Shown here piece after piece: positions 15,780 to 25,392 of a stretch of DNA of 63,585 bases. The notes below the pieces were generated by a model. It was not told the origin of the DNA, did no database searches, and saw nothing but the letters and a program-made list of their open reading frames with translations. Origin of the DNA: a virus. The stretch spans positions 1-63,585 of IMG/VR virus record IMGVR_UViG_3300033997_000235. The stretch is one strand, 5' to 3'. Made by a program: the position numbers and the translations under genes. Position 1 is the first letter of the stretch. Each line of letters begins with the position of its first letter.

Positions 15780-17664
15780 TATTGCCTCCGAATATCTCGC
15801 CGTACCGTGGCGACCAGATAGTTGATCCCAGGTAGTAAGCTCCGTGTGATGCACCACTTGCGGTCAAGTGCTCGAGGAAGTTCCCGCCACCGTCAACTGT
15901 CATGTAGGTGTACGGTGTAGGGTCGCCCCAGTACGAAACCAGAGCACAATAGGGTCGACCGTCATCCGTTTCTCGCTGGTAGCAGGTCAACCCTGGCAAT
16001 GCCTGCTGTATTGCCGAGCCACCGCCTTGGCTCGGGTCGAGCGTTGCCACAACGGAAATTCCCGCAGGCTCAATCCTGATCAGCTTCACGGGCGGGTTTA
16101 CCGTCAGGCCTGGATGGGAGAAAGCCGAAGCCAGCAATGCATCATCGGCAATTCGCGTAACCAGCTTGCCGATGCGCACCGGAAAGCTCGCCGGAGATAT
16201 GACCTGGCCTGCACTCCAGCGATAAAGCATCGACGCACCAAGCGCGCCTACTGTCGAGCTCGTAATCAGGGCAGTGCCACCGGCAAGCGAGAGTTCTGAC
16301 AAAGGCTCAGCGCCCTGGTATGTACCGAAATCGTTGATAGCAGGCCCAAACCATCGCACGCCATCGCGACTCAGCACGGTGCTATACAGGAAAGCCGATG
16401 CCCCACTTGCCAGGTGCTCTGCATCCTGCACTGTCCAGTACCTGCAAACGCCCGGGCTTGCCCCGTATGCCGCATACGCAGCACTAGACTCAGGCGCCAC
16501 TACGTCAGCCAGCATGAGCTCAACGGCCACTCCTGGCGATTCCTCCAGAGTATTCGACACAGTGGCTACGGCCACAGCCGTCTGCTGATACATCACAGGC
16601 CCGGCTTCTTGCCGTCCGAACATAGCGTCGAAATAAACCGCCATGCTGTTGCCATCTTCACTGAACGCCGCAGCCAGGTGGCGCACAGAGTTCTGCGTAT
16701 AGCCACTGACCGTTACCGGATAAGGCGGATCTACCTCGGCCGCACCAATCCAGTCTTCAAGCCACTCTTCTGCTGACAGCTCTGGAAAATCGATATCATC
16801 GAACCGTATCAGGTGGTACCAATCCCAGAATGGCAGTCCCTCTTCATCGAATCCGATTCTTACGATCAGAATGCCACCCACACCGGCATCCTCGCGCCAT
16901 TCGGCCGGCACTGCTGGCTGAGCGCTTTTCACCACACACAGAGCGGCCAGAATCGCGCCTTCGACCCACCTGCAGTAGCCGAAAGGAACCTGCGGCAACG
17001 TCACCGATGCCGAGGGCAGCGCAGCCACCCTCGGCGCGATACGGAAGCCGCCAGTGCGATCAGCAATGCAGTTCTCGGAAATGAACACACGCTTGCCACC
17101 ATCAGGGTAGCGCTGCCGAAGCGATATCTGATAGCCGAACATAGCGGAATCAGGGATACCATAGGGCAGGTATGGCGTCGGCTGCGAAGCGATAACCTCA
17201 ACCCTGGATATCCCCTCTGGTGTTTCTTTCGGCGGCGATGACCAGGTGAGTAGCGCGCCCGTCAACCCATCTTCAAGGTGCCCATCTGCAGACAGCAGCG
17301 ATTCCAACGTAGGGATCTGATGATCGAGGCTGGTTTTGTCGATGCTCTTCTCGACTGCGTCGAACCGGTTCGAGTAATGATCACGCGGCAGGGTCACCAA
17401 GAACCGCTCCGAGACTGCACCCGATACACCACTGTTGAACGGATCCAAAAAGAAACCAACCATGCCAGCAGGGTCGATAACCCTCACCACGGCACGCGGC
17501 CCTATGCGAACGCCCCTGACGATGAAGCCATCCAACGATTGCACCTTCGCCTGGGCACCACCGTCGGCGTCTTTTTTGAGCATGAGCATCTTGAGGCCCA
17601 TGGCCATTGCCTGACGCCGCAGCCACCCACCAGACCGGCTCATAAGCTGCACGGCAACCTTCAT
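15766..17664 (-). CDS. Large virion-module protein of unknown function (632 aa)
   Basis: Long ORF, 4-nt overlap with the upstream gene. No signature recognised. Confidence 0.7.
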   Translation of the reverse strand: MKVAVQLMSRSGGWLRRQAMAMGLKMLMLKKDADGGAQAKVQSLDGFIVRGVRIGPRAVVRVIDPAGMVGFFLDPFNSGVSGAVSERFLVTLPRDHYSNRFDAVEKSIDKTSLDHQIPTLESLLSADGHLEDGLTGALLTWSSPPKETPEGISRVEVIASQPTPYLPYGIPDSAMFGYQISLRQRYPDGGKRVFISENCIADRTGGFRIAPRVAALPSASVTLPQVPFGYCRWVEGAILAALCVVKSAQPAVPAEWREDAGVGGILIVRIGFDEEGLPFWDWYHLIRFDDIDFPELSAEEWLEDWIGAAEVDPPYPVTVSGYTQNSVRHLAAAFSEDGNSMAVYFDAMFGRQEAGPVMYQQTAVAVATVSNTLEESPGVAVELMLADVVAPESSAAYAAYGASPGVCRYWTVQDAEHLASGASAFLYSTVLSRDGVRWFGPAINDFGTYQGAEPLSELSLAGGTALITSSTVGALGASMLYRWSAGQVISPASFPVRIGKLVTRIADDALLASAFSHPGLTVNPPVKLIRIEPAGISVVATLDPSQGGGSAIQQALPGLTCYQRETDDGRPYCALVSYWGDPTPYTYMTVDGGGNFLEHLTASGASHGAYYLGSTIWSPRYGEIFGGNNGNP

Positions 17665-19484
17665 CGCCTGAAGCCCAGCCGTCGCTGGCTGGCCCCCACT
17701 TCAAATTCCATGCTGTCGACGGTGGCATAGGTGGCGTCAACCAGTTCGAGCTGGACATTCCATTGCCGTGCACTCACGCCTTTCGCGAGCACCGCGCGTC
17801 CGATATCGCCCCTGGTCATGATCCGGTAAACGCGATCGATACCGTCGGTGCTGAAACGCAGATATACCTCGCCATCAGTGCGCAGCCCAACGTGAGCCAT
17901 ATTCATGCGTTTCTGCTGACTGGTACCGAAATCCATCGTGCCCAGATCAAGGATTGCCCGCTCGACCGGCGAAGTCCCAAGCCGGTAAATGCCATCCTTC
18001 TTGGCAGCCCACAGCTCACCACCGGCCAGCGCGAAGTGGCTGAAATCGTATCCCTCATACTCAGACAACGCACCAGTGAGGATATCGACCGCATACGAAA
18101 CCGCCGCGCGCCGAGCGCTGTAAACGGCGTCGTCATAGCGCACCCTGTCCGAAACGCTGATAGCCATCTCGCCAACTAGTGAAAGCGCATCCTGCAGAGC
18201 GATTGCGTCAATCACCTGCTCATTAGCCACCACGACGATCTGAGCACTACTCGAGACTTCCAGGCCATCAGTAACGACGATGACCAGCGGAACATCGGCG
18301 ATCATGCTGTCGAGCAGATACAGGCGATCTACCGGTATGAGGTGGCTATCGCTGTCAGCTCGCTCCCAAGCGCCGCAGATGTAGCGGCTGGGCCACGATC
18401 CGCCACCAGCTGCATAGGGCCTATCAGCGCTGAGCCCTTTGATACCGGGCATCACCGCGTCCAGTCCGCCAACAGAACCGACTAGCAGGAGGCCTGTCGA
18501 TGCTGGAAGAGGAATACGCCCACCGCCCGACTGCAGCACCAACTCACCATCAGTACCGCCAGCATCAAGAGTGGATGCCGGAATCCTGCCCCCGCCCGCC
18601 GAATACGGCTTATCCGAGGCAAATAGCGTCGGCGCAGGGACACGCAACGATGCCGCCACGGTCGCCCGCATCCTTGCATTGAGACGCGGCACCGGGATAC
18701 GACCGACCAATTGTGCAAGCTCATAATCGCCGGCAGTTGCCAGCATGGCCGGCAGGCGCAGATCCGCACCACCACCACTGACGACCTCGATAGATGGCGC
18801 AAACACGTAGTCAGCAGCGGTACGCAATACCGCCTCGCCGTACATGGGGCTGAACGGTGTCTTGCTGCTTTCGAACACCTGTTGGCCGTCGATGAAGTAC
18901 CCGATTCTCCCACCTGAGCACTGGACCTTTACGGTGTGCTGCTCGCTGGAAAGCTCTCCGGTATCGAATACGACCTCACCAGCCTCAACGACGGATACAG
19001 TCAGCCCCCGCTGGAACAGGAAGCCGAATGCAATGTGGTTCAAGCTTCTCACCGGTCGACCGTCTGACAGGCCAACTACCACGCCAAACACGCCGGCCGG
19101 CACGGTTACGGTGAACGAACCATCGCCCTCAATCGCGCGCTTGCTACGCGCACCTCCGTTCCATCCGTTGTCCGGTACCGACACCGTCTTTCCTGGCACG
19201 GCAGGAACCATTGGCTTTCCTGGGAAGCACTGCTGCACCAGTACGTACTGAGTACGTTGCTGAGACAGCTTAACCGGGTACTTTTGGTTGACAGCAAAGC
19301 CGGCTGCGTCGATGTAGACGAGAGTGATGGTTTGGCCATTTCCAGAGAAAAGGATTTTTCTATCGCTGTCGACGGGCAGCGGCTGATAGGTGCTGATGCA
19401 GTAAGGCGGCACCGCCGGACTCGCTGGAGCACCACCAACGACCTGCGAACGCACCACCTTCTTGAGAAGGTTTGGCTTGGCCAT
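17661..19484 (-). CDS. Large virion-module protein of unknown function (607 aa)
   Basis: Long ORF, start overlaps the stop of 19484..19915. Confidence 0.7.
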   Translation of the reverse strand: MAKPNLLKKVVRSQVVGGAPASPAVPPYCISTYQPLPVDSDRKILFSGNGQTITLVYIDAAGFAVNQKYPVKLSQQRTQYVLVQQCFPGKPMVPAVPGKTVSVPDNGWNGGARSKRAIEGDGSFTVTVPAGVFGVVVGLSDGRPVRSLNHIAFGFLFQRGLTVSVVEAGEVVFDTGELSSEQHTVKVQCSGGRIGYFIDGQQVFESSKTPFSPMYGEAVLRTAADYVFAPSIEVVSGGGADLRLPAMLATAGDYELAQLVGRIPVPRLNARMRATVAASLRVPAPTLFASDKPYSAGGGRIPASTLDAGGTDGELVLQSGGGRIPLPASTGLLLVGSVGGLDAVMPGIKGLSADRPYAAGGGSWPSRYICGAWERADSDSHLIPVDRLYLLDSMIADVPLVIVVTDGLEVSSSAQIVVVANEQVIDAIALQDALSLVGEMAISVSDRVRYDDAVYSARRAAVSYAVDILTGALSEYEGYDFSHFALAGGELWAAKKDGIYRLGTSPVERAILDLGTMDFGTSQQKRMNMAHVGLRTDGEVYLRFSTDGIDRVYRIMTRGDIGRAVLAKGVSARQWNVQLELVDATYATVDSMEFEVGASQRRLGFRR

Positions 19485-19915
19485 CAGCTCTCAGGCATCG
19501 TCAGGTAGAAGTAATCCAGGGTCTGGGATGCGCCGATCGCCAGAGTCGGGTTGGTGACGTTAATGTCTGCCCCGGCAATGCCAACGCTACCCTGGATGCG
19601 GTACGCAGTCGGGCTAGCGCCATCAGCGTCTGCTGGCGTGACGAGGCGGAAGTGCGTCGCGGTACCTGCCGCCACAGCCACACCACTCCACACCTCGGAG
19701 AGGCTTTTGACCAGGGTTCCCCCACTTGCTTCAGCCTCGAAGGTAATGCCGGCAGTGCCTGCCTTGATCGTGACCAGCCTGGTACCGCTGATCGCTTCGT
19801 TGGGTGACGCTGGGGCAGAACCAGAATAGAAGCGGATTTCAGAACCATCGATCAGCGACTTCAGCGAGCCGGTAACCATCATCGCATTACGGAGAGCTTC
19901 GGAGTACTTGAGCAT
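19484..19915 (-). CDS. Virion-module protein of unknown function (143 aa)
   Basis: ORF packed between neighbouring late genes. Confidence 0.65.
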   Translation of the reverse strand: MLKYSEALRNAMMVTGSLKSLIDGSEIRFYSGSAPASPNEAISGTRLVTIKAGTAGITFEAEASGGTLVKSLSEVWSGVAVAAGTATHFRLVTPADADGASPTAYRIQGSVGIAGADINVTNPTLAIGASQTLDYFYLTMPES

Positions 19916-19918
19916 GAT

Positions 19919-20422
19919 TTACACCAGACTGGTTGGTACGTAGGTGAGCACCGCCGTCACGTTCAGCGTGAGGCCGGCATACATGGATCGAGGGGACGGG
20001 AAGCGGACCACCGACAGCAGCAGACCGGCGTTGGAACCCTTGGCCGACTCAGTAACGAGAAAGGCACCGTAGATCAGTTGATCCTGGGTAAAGGTGAACT
20101 GAGCGCGGTTTGCTGAGTTGTCGTAGCTGCCGTTGTCGTCATACACGCGCTCCCACAGCGGCCGGGTCGCTTCCGTGTATTGCGTGAACTCGCCCAGGCT
20201 GGCGGGGATATCAGCTGCCTTGCTCTCCATGGAAGGGATGACGTTGTTCCGGAAAAGGCCGACATACAGACTGCCGATCGCCGCGACGTCTCCAAATGGA
20301 GCCTGGATTAGTACATCCAGCCCGAGCTTCGGAATCAGATTCAGTTCCGACCAGGCGTCAACGACGTTACCCTGCTGGTCGACCAGTTCGAAGTCATAGC
20401 GAAACCGTGGCTTAGCGCTCAT
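19919..20422 (-). CDS. Virion-module protein of unknown function (167 aa)
   Basis: Start moved to ATG 20422 (MSAKPRF) behind GGAGGT. The upstream 109 codons of the track ORF are Arg/Ser-rich and overlap the 20412..21605 gene. Confidence 0.65.
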   Translation of the reverse strand: MSAKPRFRYDFELVDQQGNVVDAWSELNLIPKLGLDVLIQAPFGDVAAIGSLYVGLFRNNVIPSMESKAADIPASLGEFTQYTEATRPLWERVYDDNGSYDNSANRAQFTFTQDQLIYGAFLVTESAKGSNAGLLLSVVRFPSPRSMYAGLTLNVTAVLTYVPTSLV

Positions 20423-21605
20423 CGGTAACCTCCAATATCCAAGAGTCAGCGACGGCAAGCCGGTTGCTTTGCACAGGCCCCCGCATAGTGGTGATGATTG
20501 ATTGGCGGCCGCCATGCTCGAGCACGGCAGCAGCGCCCTGTTGCGCCAGATCCGGCGCGAACTTTCCTTGATTAACGAGCCTGATCGATCCGTCAGCCGC
20601 CCCGATGACCTGGCCAAAGCGCGAGAACCAAGCGACCGTTCCGTCCGGAAGCTCGGTTGCGCTGCCGGCCACAGCGCCGAAATCGCACACGTCCGTTGCG
20701 TTGATCGATCCGGTACCCACACCGGTAATGAACTGAGTCTTTTCGCCATAGGCCACGAACAGCGATGCAGGCCCTACGGGGGCCACCATGGCAACGGGAT
20801 CAGGGAACTGAACAAAACCGCGCACCGGATCCACCAGCTGAGGCGAATAGGGTTCGGTGACGTAGATGAAGCGGCCATCAACGCCGACAAGCTGGCTCCC
20901 CATCACCGCCAGCATTGATACCGGCGGCATCGGCTTCATGCCCTCACTGACCAGTGCCTCGGCATCGTCGGCCACCACAGAGATGGTCACGGCGCTGGAC
21001 GCCACAGCCTGTAGATAGAGCTGCTGCCCATCGGCAACACTGCAGTAGATCCTCGCCTCGCCAGAGCCAGCAGGGGTAAGCGTCAGCGAGCTACCAGCAG
21101 CCAGCCTGACGGTCATCACATCCGCGCCGCCTTCTAGCCCCTTGCCGTCAACAGCAGTAGCTGCAACCCGGTAGAGGCCGGCTGGCAGAGCACCACTGCC
21201 GATCGACACGGATACTGCAGGAGATTCAGCACCCCACTGATGCAGGCCGGCATCGTCGATCGCCAGGCGATCGCCGATTGTGCGCATGTAGAGCACGCCG
21301 TTGAGTTCTGCCGCTGCAACAGGCCCAGATGCAGCCACTTGGCCAAGACTCTCGGCTACGGCCTGGGAGGCACGCAGGCGCTTCACCTGGTCGCCGTCCA
21401 CAACCACCAGGGCATCGCCCAAGGCAAACATGGCCCGCAGATTGTCGAAAGGGAATGCCAATTCAAACTGGGGGCGCAGTTCTGCCACGCCACCAGACGT
21501 TGGGTCTAGGTTCAGCAGCCGGCGCGCATTCCCTTCGGGCAGCCGACCGTGCGGCGCAAGATTGTTTGCGCCACCCGACCAGTTCTGAAAGCGAGCATTT
21601 TCCAC
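20412..21605 (-). CDS. Virion or tail-module protein of unknown function (397 aa)
   Basis: GTG start. First gene after motif copy 3. Confidence 0.65.
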   Translation of the reverse strand: MENARFQNWSGGANNLAPHGRLPEGNARRLLNLDPTSGGVAELRPQFELAFPFDNLRAMFALGDALVVVDGDQVKRLRASQAVAESLGQVAASGPVAAAELNGVLYMRTIGDRLAIDDAGLHQWGAESPAVSVSIGSGALPAGLYRVAATAVDGKGLEGGADVMTVRLAAGSSLTLTPAGSGEARIYCSVADGQQLYLQAVASSAVTISVVADDAEALVSEGMKPMPPVSMLAVMGSQLVGVDGRFIYVTEPYSPQLVDPVRGFVQFPDPVAMVAPVGPASLFVAYGEKTQFITGVGTGSINATDVCDFGAVAGSATELPDGTVAWFSRFGQVIGAADGSIRLVNQGKFAPDLAQQGAAAVLEHGGRQSIITTMRGPVQSNRLAVADSWILEVTDER

Positions 21606-21661
21606 AGCGGCAACCCGTGATTGGTATGCCGCGAGTATTCAAGTCAGGAGATGCTAGAGCG

Positions 21662-21676
21662 AACCCTACAGGGGGT
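21662..21676 (-). repeat. Late-region intergenic motif, copy 3
   Basis: Plus strand AACCCTACAGGGGGT. On the minus strand it is preceded by the hairpin CCCTCAC-AGAA-GTGAGGG. 57 nt upstream of start 21605. Confidence 0.8.
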
Positions 21677-21738
21677 CAGGGCGCCCCCTCACTTCTGTGA
21701 GGGCTACGCGATGTCACTGAGTGCGTCATGTCTAGCAA

Positions 21739-23616
21739 TCACATTGCAGATGTCTTGATGACAGTGATCACCCATTCACCGGCAGGTACGTCATGCGCTG
21801 TCGTCGAGTTGTTCTCGATGCGAATGCGCAGACGGTTGACGGCCGTAATGCTCCAACTCCACACGCAAGGGCCGGTGCTGCCTGGTGGTGACACGATAAC
21901 CGTGTCACCTGGCGCGATCATCGATGGACCGAAGCCGTCGAGAGTCCCGTCCAGGTTATCGCCGATTGTCCAACGATCGCCCGGGCCTACACTGATTAGG
22001 CCCTGACTCATGCGGTAAACCCGCCCCGCAAGGAGAGCGCCAGAAGCTGCTGGCGTGACCACCACGAAGTTAGATGCGTATGACGGGTTGCAATGCTGCA
22101 CTGTCGCTGGCACCGAATTATTTTCAATTCGGTTACCGGTGGCCGTAGTTGTAGGCACCGAAACAAAGTTCGGAGTGCCTGTCTGCGCCGTATACAGAAC
22201 GTTGTCACGAACACGTAAGTGACTTACGGCCAAACCCGCAGCACCGGCTACGATAGCGCCGACAGAACCGTCGCCGCAGCCGATCATTTTGTTACGCTCG
22301 AACTGCGTAAGTATCGCGTTGCCAGCGATCACCATCGGGTAGTTGACACCCGATAGCGTGTTCTCAGTGATGTCGTTCACATTACCCACCACAGAGAAAG
22401 CCGTCTGGATACGCCCGGCAGAACCAGCTCTAATTCGGTTTTGTCGCGCTGTGATGGTGTTGCAGCCAGTCCCCAGGCTGACAACGACCCCGCCAGCCCC
22501 TGCGCCCCAGTTAAAGAACTTGTTGCGGTCGATGTCGATAATTGACTGGGCACCGGAATACAAGCGCGTGAGTGACATTGCAGTAATGTCGGTCGCTGTC
22601 CCTAAGTTGAAAAACCGGTTGCGAACTATATCGCCATCACTGCAGTTATCACGGATCAACAGCCCGGTTGCCCTGCCTGTAGTCGATCCAGCTGCACGGA
22701 GAATATGCGCGTTGCTCGCATAATTGAAATCTTGAATGTGATTTAGCTCGGCGCAGCAGTCAATTTGCGCCGAAGTTTCAAACCAGCATGCATCAATATC
22801 AACATCAATACCCAAGTTGCTAATTGAAGGGCCAAGAATGTAAAGTTGATTGTACCGTGCTGGAATATTGTTAATGAACTTAGAGCGCTTGACTTTGATG
22901 CGAGCAAGCGAACTGTTGTATGCAGCGTTTGAGTCGATATAAAGGCCAGGAATGTTGCTAACGTCACGCACGCTGAGACCATCAACGTCGATATCCTCGA
23001 TGACGTGACCTGTCCCTGTCAGAGCGCCAAGCAGTACCGCCCCGCCCGCCTCGTTGCCGTCGCCGAAATCGGCGATGCTGACATCACGAATGCGCAGATT
23101 ACGGATAGAGCCAGCTCGCAAGCTGATGCACTTCATGTCGTGGCCGGTGGCAGTTGGCGTTGTCTGATATGGCCGATTGCCGACAAGTGAAACGCCGTTG
23201 ATCACTCCGCCGTCGATGCTTTCGTAAGCCTCGAACATGTTACCAGGTGCCGGCCTGTTGCTCTGCGCCCAAGCCAGCGTACCGCCGCCCAGAATGCAGA
23301 ACTCAGGCGGCAGCATCAGGTAGTCGATAAAGTAGGTCTGACCGGATGGCAACCAGATCGGAACCCCCGCATCCAGCGCGTTCTGAATGATCGCTGTATT
23401 GGCATTAGCCGAAGACGGGCTGTCAGGCGTACAGCCGAGCACGTCGACGCGCGCTATCGAGCGCGTCAGGTTAGCCCACTCTCGCGTAGAAAGCGTGCCG
23501 CTCTCGTCAGCGATAAGCAGATGACGCAGTTGATCTAAACCACCTGCGTCAAACCGTGCTTTGCCGATCCTGAAATCCGGCAGCCGCGTGCCGGCGAGAT
23601 CGCTCAGCAAGCGCAT
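21739..23616 (-). CDS. Tailspike or tail fibre with pectate-lyase-type right-handed beta-helix
   Basis: 625 aa. IQNALDAGVPIWLPSGQTYFIDYLMLP entry motif followed by many N/G/I-rich beta-helix-like rungs. Its N-terminus resembles that of the next gene (MR(L/F)L.DL.G). Confidence 0.7.
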   Translation of the reverse strand: MRLLSDLAGTRLPDFRIGKARFDAGGLDQLRHLLIADESGTLSTREWANLTRSIARVDVLGCTPDSPSSANANTAIIQNALDAGVPIWLPSGQTYFIDYLMLPPEFCILGGGTLAWAQSNRPAPGNMFEAYESIDGGVINGVSLVGNRPYQTTPTATGHDMKCISLRAGSIRNLRIRDVSIADFGDGNEAGGAVLLGALTGTGHVIEDIDVDGLSVRDVSNIPGLYIDSNAAYNSSLARIKVKRSKFINNIPARYNQLYILGPSISNLGIDVDIDACWFETSAQIDCCAELNHIQDFNYASNAHILRAAGSTTGRATGLLIRDNCSDGDIVRNRFFNLGTATDITAMSLTRLYSGAQSIIDIDRNKFFNWGAGAGGVVVSLGTGCNTITARQNRIRAGSAGRIQTAFSVVGNVNDITENTLSGVNYPMVIAGNAILTQFERNKMIGCGDGSVGAIVAGAAGLAVSHLRVRDNVLYTAQTGTPNFVSVPTTTATGNRIENNSVPATVQHCNPSYASNFVVVTPAASGALLAGRVYRMSQGLISVGPGDRWTIGDNLDGTLDGFGPSMIAPGDTVIVSPPGSTGPCVWSWSITAVNRLRIRIENNSTTAHDVPAGEWVITVIKTSAM

Positions 23617-23619
23617 GGC

Positions 23620-24303
23620 TTAGCTCGGGATCACGTAAGAAACGAGCATGCGCGCAGCTCCTTCAGTTGCACCACCAGCGCTGTAGGTAGCGATCAGATC
23701 CTGCGCAGTCACTTCTGCAGCGGCAGCAGGGTCGACTTCGAAGACAGTGCCGGCAGCCGCGGTCAGGTCGACCTGAGTGCTGCCCAGGTAACGCGACAGT
23801 TCGCCGGTCACGCCGATCGACAGCGAGGGAGTGCCGTCGAACGGCGCGTCGATAATGACAGCAGCCAGGCGAACAACCGCATTGGCTGGCAACTGGAACA
23901 TGGCCACGGTGCCGGTCGAGTTGAACGCCAGGTCCGTTGTGTCGGTCGCCTCGAGGTTTGTGGCCGCTGCAGATGACGCCCAGGACAGATTGCCGGCGCC
24001 GTCGGTTGTCAGCGCGAAACCGGCAGTACCGTAGTTCGCCGGCATCTTGAACGTCAGCGCCTGGGTCATGCCGGTATCGGGGCGGCTGATGGTGAGCATC
24101 CAGTCCGCGCCGGAACCGGCTGCATCCTCGTTCAGCACCAGGCTGTCGCCGCTGGCGGCGATGGTGCTGCCCACAAGGGGCGCATCGGCGTCGTCGGTTG
24201 CGTTGCGCGCGCGGATCTTGCCGCCCGTGCTCTTCAGTTGCAGGCCGCCCAGGCCGAGCCGGAACAGGTTGCTGAACGTGCCGCGTAGGTCGAGAAAGCG
24301 CAT
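23620..24303 (-). CDS. Tail fibre or adaptor-like protein (227 aa)
   Basis: N-terminus similar to the tailspike N-terminus. C-terminal APFDG..LSI domain is paralogous to 24313..24774. Confidence 0.55.
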   Translation of the reverse strand: MRFLDLRGTFSNLFRLGLGGLQLKSTGGKIRARNATDDADAPLVGSTIAASGDSLVLNEDAAGSGADWMLTISRPDTGMTQALTFKMPANYGTAGFALTTDGAGNLSWASSAAATNLEATDTTDLAFNSTGTVAMFQLPANAVVRLAAVIIDAPFDGTPSLSIGVTGELSRYLGSTQVDLTAAAGTVFEVDPAAAAEVTAQDLIATYSAGGATEGAARMLVSYVIPS

Positions 24304-24312
24304 GGTGATACC

Positions 24313-24774
24313 TCAGTTCAGGTTGAGCACAACGAAACCAGAGCCGGCCGTCGCGCCTGCACCTGGGGTGATTTCTAGATAGATGCCGGTGCCTGCGGCG
24401 AGCGAGGCACCTGGCGTTGATTCATAGGTAGCGGTGAAGTCAGGGGCCACCTGATCGCTGTCGAGCAGCACAGCGCCGGCCTGTGTGCGTATACGCAGCG
24501 CAGCACCCTCGCCGTCGAATGGGGTGGCGAGGATCAACTGCACAGATACCAGCAGACCGGAATCGTTAAGCAGGTGCAGCAAACGCGGCGACGCATCGCC
24601 GAACGCGAACGCGACGGGTGGCAGTGCCTGGCCACTCTCTCCCTTCGGCCCACGCAGGCCAGCAGCGATGACAGCGCGCGGCGCCTTCTGGCGAACAGCA
24701 ATAGGGCCTGGCCGCTTCTGCACAACGGCAACGGCCGAACTGGTGCGCGCAGCACGGGTGGCGATCGCTGTCAC
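24313..24774 (-). CDS. Tail-module protein with a short collagen-like stretch (153 aa)
   Basis: GLRGPKGESG triplets. C-terminal TPFDGEGAALRI region similar to 23620..24303. Confidence 0.55.
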   Translation of the reverse strand: MTAIATRAARTSSAVAVVQKRPGPIAVRQKAPRAVIAAGLRGPKGESGQALPPVAFAFGDASPRLLHLLNDSGLLVSVQLILATPFDGEGAALRIRTQAGAVLLDSDQVAPDFTATYESTPGASLAAGTGIYLEITPGAGATAGSGFVVLNLN

Positions 24775-25382
24775 GTCGTCACCTCGCGAGTTACCTCGAT
24801 CGGGCTGATCGCGGTCAGCTTGTAGACCTGGCCGCCCGGGGCAATGACTTCAGCCTCGTAGAAGCCCTTGCTCCACTCCAGCGCCTCGGACTGTTCGGCT
24901 GTCATGGTCAGCACGAACTGGCTCAGCGCCACGTCGACGATGACCAGGCTGTCGGGGTTCTGTGCCGGGTCGCTGTCCCAGGTGTGCAGCAGGTCACCGC
25001 CCGGCTTGGTGCGCACCTGGGCGCGGCATCGCCAACCCGTGATATCTGCCGGCTTCGGCACGATCAGCAGGCCGGTACCGGAGAACGGCTGCCAGCAGTG
25101 GGCGTTCACTTCGTTGAGCTCAAGGGTGTCGGGATCGATGACTTTCGGGTAAACCCAGTCATCCGCTGGCGTGTTCAGCTCGATCGGCTTCTTCACGCAC
25201 TCGATGCGCACCGGCCAGCCATCGGGCACGCCATGATTCTCGACAGTCAGCCGCGCCGGCGCCGTCTGCGGCATCGCCGTGATCACCGGGTACGGCGAAA
25301 CGTACTCGCCCTCGGCATACATGATGCCGAACTCGAACGTCTCGCCCCGGTAGATGGTGATGGGGATTTCAGGCGCCGACAT
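24771..25382 (-). CDS. Tail-module protein of unknown function (203 aa)
   Basis: ORF with 4-nt overlap to the downstream gene. Confidence 0.6.
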   Translation of the reverse strand: MSAPEIPITIYRGETFEFGIMYAEGEYVSPYPVITAMPQTAPARLTVENHGVPDGWPVRIECVKKPIELNTPADDWVYPKVIDPDTLELNEVNAHCWQPFSGTGLLIVPKPADITGWRCRAQVRTKPGGDLLHTWDSDPAQNPDSLVIVDVALSQFVLTMTAEQSEALEWSKGFYEAEVIAPGGQVYKLTAISPIEVTREVTT

Positions 25383-25392
25383 GCCAGTCTCC

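Noticed and set aside
19919-20749. N-terminal extensions of several track ORFs: 19919..20749, 14838..15857, 25393..26106, 37042..37389, 44538..44948, 47776..48588, 48456..50243, 51888..53039, 61733..62602
   Set aside because: The upstream parts overlap the preceding gene, lack an RBS and translate to Arg/Pro/Ser-rich sequence. In each case an internal start with a Shine-Dalgarno motif or an ATGA/GTGA stop-start overlap gives a protein that begins where the family similarity begins.
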